From the IMG/VR virus record IMGVR_UViG_3300044949_001773, positions 67,810-131,809 of that record: a stretch of 64,000 nucleotides of DNA. The stretch is one strand, 5' to 3'. Position numbers and translations under genes: made by a program. Below the pieces are notes generated by a model. The model had not been told where the DNA came from and made no database searches. It saw only the letters and a list, made by a program, of their open reading frames with translations. The DNA is from a virus. Within the stretch, counting starts at the first letter, position 1. Every line of letters starts with the position of its first letter. This document shows positions 59,960 to 64,000 of the stretch, piece by piece.

Positions 59960-60559
59960 ATGTACGCAAGAATTAATGAAAATGGAGATATAGTAGAATT
60001 TCCTATAGTTAATTTAGATATTTTAAGGTTTGGAGAATCTATTCCAGATGATGTAATTGAAGTAGATACGGAAACAAATAAGCCAACGTTAACTTGGGAT
60101 AAAATATTATTACATGATTCCATTGAAAATATTAATGGAAGTTATATTTTAAATTATACTATTTCCGAAAGATTCTCAAAGTTTGAAGATAAAAAAAAAT
60201 GTGTTGAGAATTTAATTATTCAATATAATAAACAGAACGAAGCAAAGTTTAACTCATTAGTAAAAGAAATTAATTTTCCTTATAAGCAAGAAGAAATTAA
60301 TAGTTGGAATCTTCAAGTACAAGAATCTAAAAATTATTTAAATGGAATAAATGATTGTGCATTTATTGAATTATTAGCTAATCAAAGAGGTATAGAAATA
60401 TCAGAATTGGTTACTAAAATAATGGAAAAGCATATGAATTATGTCAATAGTTATGGAGATGTTCTTGGAATGTATCAGAAAAATAGAGAACTACTTTCTT
60501 CTATAAATTTGGACGATGAAACTACTTTTGATTTGATTGATCAATATGGGTGGCAATAA
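59960..60559 (+). CDS. Putative tail fibre assembly-type protein
   Basis: Y..EEI.SW..Q..E...LA..RGI...LV.KI..K motif seen in phage tail-assembly genes; late promoter at 59932. Confidence 0.55.
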   Translation: MYARINENGDIVEFPIVNLDILRFGESIPDDVIEVDTETNKPTLTWDKILLHDSIENINGSYILNYTISERFSKFEDKKKCVENLIIQYNKQNEAKFNSLVKEINFPYKQEEINSWNLQVQESKNYLNGINDCAFIELLANQRGIEISELVTKIMEKHMNYVNSYGDVLGMYQKNRELLSSINLDDETTFDLIDQYGWQ

Positions 60560-61779
60560 AAATGGCAGGATCATTTTTTACGCCAAAAGCTATTATTGTT
60601 GATTCAAATTCCTTTTTCATAGGGACAACTTTTTATAATACAACAACAATTCCATCAAATGAAAACAAAATAACAGCATCTGATGGGGCAGCTAGTGATT
60701 TCTTTGGATACTCAGTAGCAGTAGGATCCGGTAGAATTGTTGTTGGTGCTTATGGTGATGATATAGGAGCAAATTCAAATCAAGGATCATCATATATTTT
60801 TGACCTTGATGGAAACCAATTAGCCAAAATAACAGCATCTGATGGGGCAGCTAGTGATTTCTTTGGATACTCGGTAGCAGTAGGATCCAATAGGATTATT
60901 GTTGGTGCTTATGGTGATGATATAGGAGCAAATGCAGATCAAGGATCATCATATATTTTTGACCTTGATGGAAACCAAATAGCCAAAATAACGGCATCTG
61001 ATGGGGCAGCTAATGATTATTTTGGATACACGGTAGCAGTAGGATGTGGTAGAATTGTTGTTGGTGCTTATGGAGATAATACCCAATCAGGATCCGCATA
61101 TATTTTCGACCTTGATGGAAACCAATTAGCCAAAATAACAGCATCTGATGGTGCTTCTTCTGATAATTTTGGATACTCGGTAGCGGTAGGATCCGGTAGA
61201 ATTGTTGTTGGTGCTTATAGAGATGATGACGATGGATCATCATCGGGATCAGCATACATTTTCGACCTTGATGGAAACCAAATAGCCAAAATAACAGCAT
61301 CTGATGGGGCAGCTAGTGATTTCTTTGGATACTCAGTATCAGTAGGATCCGGTAGAATTGTTGTTGGTGCTTATTTAGATGATGATGATGGGTTAGACTC
61401 GGGATCCGCATACATTTTTGACCTTGATGGAAACCAATTAACCAAAATAACTGCTTCTGATGGTGCTACTAATGATTATTTTGGGCAATCAGTAGCTGTA
61501 GGATCCGGTAGAATTGTTGTCGGGTCCTATTTTGATGATGATGATGGATCAGGATCAGGATCAGCATATATCTTTGACCTTGATGGGAATCAATTGACCA
61601 AAATAACAGCTTCTGATGGTGCTAGTGGTGATTTTTTTGGAATTTCAGTGGCAGTGGGATCCGGTAGAATTGTTATTGGAGCTTATGGCGATGATGATAA
61701 TGGATCAATATCAGGATCAGCATACATTTACAACACTCCATATCAAATACATTACTTAGATCAGTTAGATAAGAGGTAA
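60550..61779 (+). CDS. FG-GAP 7-bladed beta-propeller protein 2
   Basis: 7 FG-GAP repeats; start likely ATG 60562. Confidence 0.85.
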   Translation: MAIKMAGSFFTPKAIIVDSNSFFIGTTFYNTTTIPSNENKITASDGAASDFFGYSVAVGSGRIVVGAYGDDIGANSNQGSSYIFDLDGNQLAKITASDGAASDFFGYSVAVGSNRIIVGAYGDDIGANADQGSSYIFDLDGNQIAKITASDGAANDYFGYTVAVGCGRIVVGAYGDNTQSGSAYIFDLDGNQLAKITASDGASSDNFGYSVAVGSGRIVVGAYRDDDDGSSSGSAYIFDLDGNQIAKITASDGAASDFFGYSVSVGSGRIVVGAYLDDDDGLDSGSAYIFDLDGNQLTKITASDGATNDYFGQSVAVGSGRIVVGSYFDDDDGSGSGSAYIFDLDGNQLTKITASDGASGDFFGISVAVGSGRIVIGAYGDDDNGSISGSAYIYNTPYQIHYLDQLDKR

Positions 61780-61783
61780 ATAA

Positions 61784-63007
61784 ATGACTTTAGGAGTTAA
61801 ATCATCTAATATAAGAATTGCTTCATACACAAATGATGGAATTCCATACTTATGGAAGTATGGAGATACATTGACTTTACCATCAAATGAAAACAAAATA
61901 ACTGCTTCTGATGGGGCAGCTAGTGATTTCTTTGGATACTCAGTAGCAGTAGGATCTGGTAGAATTGTTGTTGGTGCTTATGGAGATAATACCCAATCAG
62001 GATCCGCATATATTTTTGACCTTGATGGAAACCAATTAGCCAAAATAACGGCATCTGATGGTGCTATTAATGATTATTTTGGATACTCAGTAGCAGTAGG
62101 ATGCGGTAGAATTGTTGTTGGATCCTATTTTGATGATATAGTAGCAAATTCAAATCAAGGATCATCATATATTTTTGACCTTGATGGAAACCAATTAGCC
62201 AAAATAACAGCATCTGATGGTGCTATTAATGATTATTTTGGATACTCAGTCGCAGTAGGATGCGGTAGAATTGTTGTTGGAGCTTATGGCGATGATGATA
62301 ATGGATTAACATCAGGATCAGCATACATTTTTGATCTTGATGGAAACCAATTAGCCAAAATAACAGCATCTGATGGGGCAGCTAGTGATTTCTTTGGATA
62401 CTCAGTAGCAGTAGGATCTGGTAGAATTGTTGTTGGTGCTTATGGAGATAATACCCAATCAGGATCAGCATACATTTTTGATCTTGATGGAAACCAATTA
62501 GCCAAAATAACGGCATCTGATGGTGCTGTTGATGATTTTTTTGGAATTTCAGTGGCAGTGGGATCCGGTAGAATTGTTATTGGGGCAGGTAGAGATCATA
62601 TTGGATCAAATTCGGATCAAGGATCATCATATATTTTTGACCTTGATGGAAACCAATTAGCCAAAATAACGGCATCTGATGGTGCTGCTAATGATCATTT
62701 TGGAGACTCGGTAGCAGTAGGATCAGGTAGAATTGTTATTGGAGCTGAAGATGCTAATATAGGAGCAAATTCAGGTCAAGGATCAGCATATATCTTTGAC
62801 CTTGATGGAAACCAATTAGCCAAAATAACTGCTTCTGATGGGGCATCTAGTGATCGTTTTGGAATCTCGGTAGCAGTAGGATCAGGTAGAATTGTTGTTG
62901 GTGCTTGGGCAGACGATGATAATGGATCAGCATCAGGATCAGCATACATTTACAATACTCCACAGGTATATACGCTTTATGATGCTATTGATATGCAGAG
63001 TTATTAA
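61784..63007 (+). CDS. FG-GAP 7-bladed beta-propeller protein 3
   Basis: 7 FG-GAP repeats. Confidence 0.85.
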   Translation: MTLGVKSSNIRIASYTNDGIPYLWKYGDTLTLPSNENKITASDGAASDFFGYSVAVGSGRIVVGAYGDNTQSGSAYIFDLDGNQLAKITASDGAINDYFGYSVAVGCGRIVVGSYFDDIVANSNQGSSYIFDLDGNQLAKITASDGAINDYFGYSVAVGCGRIVVGAYGDDDNGLTSGSAYIFDLDGNQLAKITASDGAASDFFGYSVAVGSGRIVVGAYGDNTQSGSAYIFDLDGNQLAKITASDGAVDDFFGISVAVGSGRIVIGAGRDHIGSNSDQGSSYIFDLDGNQLAKITASDGAANDHFGDSVAVGSGRIVIGAEDANIGANSGQGSAYIFDLDGNQLAKITASDGASSDRFGISVAVGSGRIVVGAWADDDNGSASGSAYIYNTPQVYTLYDAIDMQSY

Positions 63008-63042
63008 TATCATAATAAATAAGATAGATCTTTGAAATTCTT

Positions 63043-63363
63043 ATGGAAGTCACACATACTTATAAAGTCCACGGATTAGAACAAATTAATGACGAAACTG
63101 GAACAGTATGTTCTGTTTGGTATTCAGTCAGTTCAACTGATGGAGAAAATAGTATTGATTCTGCAGAAAGAGCCGAATTAAGTACAGAAAATATTCAAAA
63201 TTTTATCGATTTCGAAAACTTAACAGAAGAAGTTGTTACAGAATGGGCCAAGAATCATGAGCATTCTTCAAGAGTAGAGCAATCTCATATTCGTTACTTA
63301 GAGTATAAGAGAAACCCACCAAAACCAGCTACAATTCAAGTAGATCTTCCTTGGTTAGTTTAA
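63043..63363 (+). CDS. Putative fibre assembly protein (paralog family)
   Basis: Close paralog of 58379..58696, including an identical upstream leader. Confidence 0.65.
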   Translation: MEVTHTYKVHGLEQINDETGTVCSVWYSVSSTDGENSIDSAERAELSTENIQNFIDFENLTEEVVTEWAKNHEHSSRVEQSHIRYLEYKRNPPKPATIQVDLPWLV

Positions 63364-63377
63364 TTTTTTAATTTATT

Positions 63378-64000
63378 ATGAATACTGAAAAATATTCAAT
63401 TTTCCATGTTCAAGGTGGACTCGGAAAGCATGTTGCTGCGACTGCCGTTGCGAGATGTATTAAAAATAATCACCCAGATAGAAAACTTATTGTAGTTTGT
63501 GCCTGGCCAGAAATCTTTATCAATATTCCTTTTGTTGATAGAGTATACCAAATTGGAAATACACAATACTTCTACCAAAATTATATTAAAGATGTAGATT
63601 CTTTAATATTTCACCAAGAACCATATCTTACAACTGACCACATTCATAAGAGACTTCCATTGATTCAAACGTGGTGTAAGATGTATGGTATTGAGTATAA
63701 TAATGAAAAACCAGTTTTAAAGTTTAATAATTTACAAAAGAAATTAGCAAAAGATACATGGTGCGTTGGGGATAAGCCAATTATGGTAATTCATACCAAT
63801 GGTGGTATGATGACAATAAACGCCAAACCATATGCTTGGGCACGAGATATGCCAGAAGATATTGCTCAAGAAATCGTAGATTATTATAAAAAAGACTATA
63901 CAATTTACCAAATAACAAAGGTAAATTCACCAAAACTTAAAGGAGCAACTCATATCCTTTCAACTCAAGAAAAACAAATCACAACAATGGAGTTGAAAGG
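63378..64000 (+). CDS. Glycosyltransferase, GT9/ADP-heptose transferase-like (3'-truncated; not in the ORF track)
   Basis: Translated by hand and open to the window end: MNTEKYSIFHVQGGLGKHVAATAVARCIKNNHPDRKLIVVCAWPEIFINIPFVDRVY..., matching the GT9 N-terminal G.(L/I)G.......IK...P....V.....F...P.VD pattern. Confidence 0.7.
   Translation, partial: MNTEKYSIFHVQGGLGKHVAATAVARCIKNNHPDRKLIVVCAWPEIFINIPFVDRVYQIGNTQYFYQNYIKDVDSLIFHQEPYLTTDHIHKRLPLIQTWCKMYGIEYNNEKPVLKFNNLQKKLAKDTWCVGDKPIMVIHTNGGMMTINAKPYAWARDMPEDIAQEIVDYYKKDYTIYQITKVNSPKLKGATHILSTQEKQITTMELK

Noticed and set aside
58820-62950. CRISPR-like array of regularly spaced repeats
   Set aside because: Repeats are long, degenerate at third codon positions and fully explained by FG-GAP coding; no unique spacers or cas genes
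58729-63007. Diversity-generating retroelement: variable blade codons are mostly NNT, as expected from mutated AAT codons
   Set aside because: No reverse transcriptase or non-coding template repeat in the window, all repeats are in-frame coding, and T-ending codons are the background preference
2989-63578. Minus-strand and alternative-frame ORFs in the track
   Set aside because: Essentially all overlap long plus-strand genes and look like shadow ORFs of biased codon usage; 63396..63578(-) is antisense to the glycosyltransferase

Overview
AT-rich, almost entirely plus-strand, gene-dense segment of a T4-like cyanophage (Kyanoviridae-type myovirus), covering the baseplate and tail-fibre region. 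The assignment rests on a gp27-like hub gene, a gp5-like gene, a phage cp12 and recurrent T4-type late promoters ((T)ATAAATA). In order, the window holds: a lysozyme-like tail protein, baseplate genes with cp12 wedged between them, and a small island with sigma70 promoters that includes a candidate ~62-nt sRNA. About 50 kb of fibre/tailspike genes follow, including a 5354-aa giant fibre, three S74 autochaperone fibres and a subtilase. The window ends with three 7-bladed FG-GAP propeller genes and a truncated GT9-like glycosyltransferase. The most striking observation is a phycobiliprotein-like helical domain, retaining Cys at positions equivalent to both classic bilin attachment sites, inserted into two virion fibre proteins (three copies). 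This suggests chromophorylated virion appendages. No tRNA, CRISPR array, integrase or reverse transcriptase is visible. All family assignments are by-eye motif recognition, not database searches.
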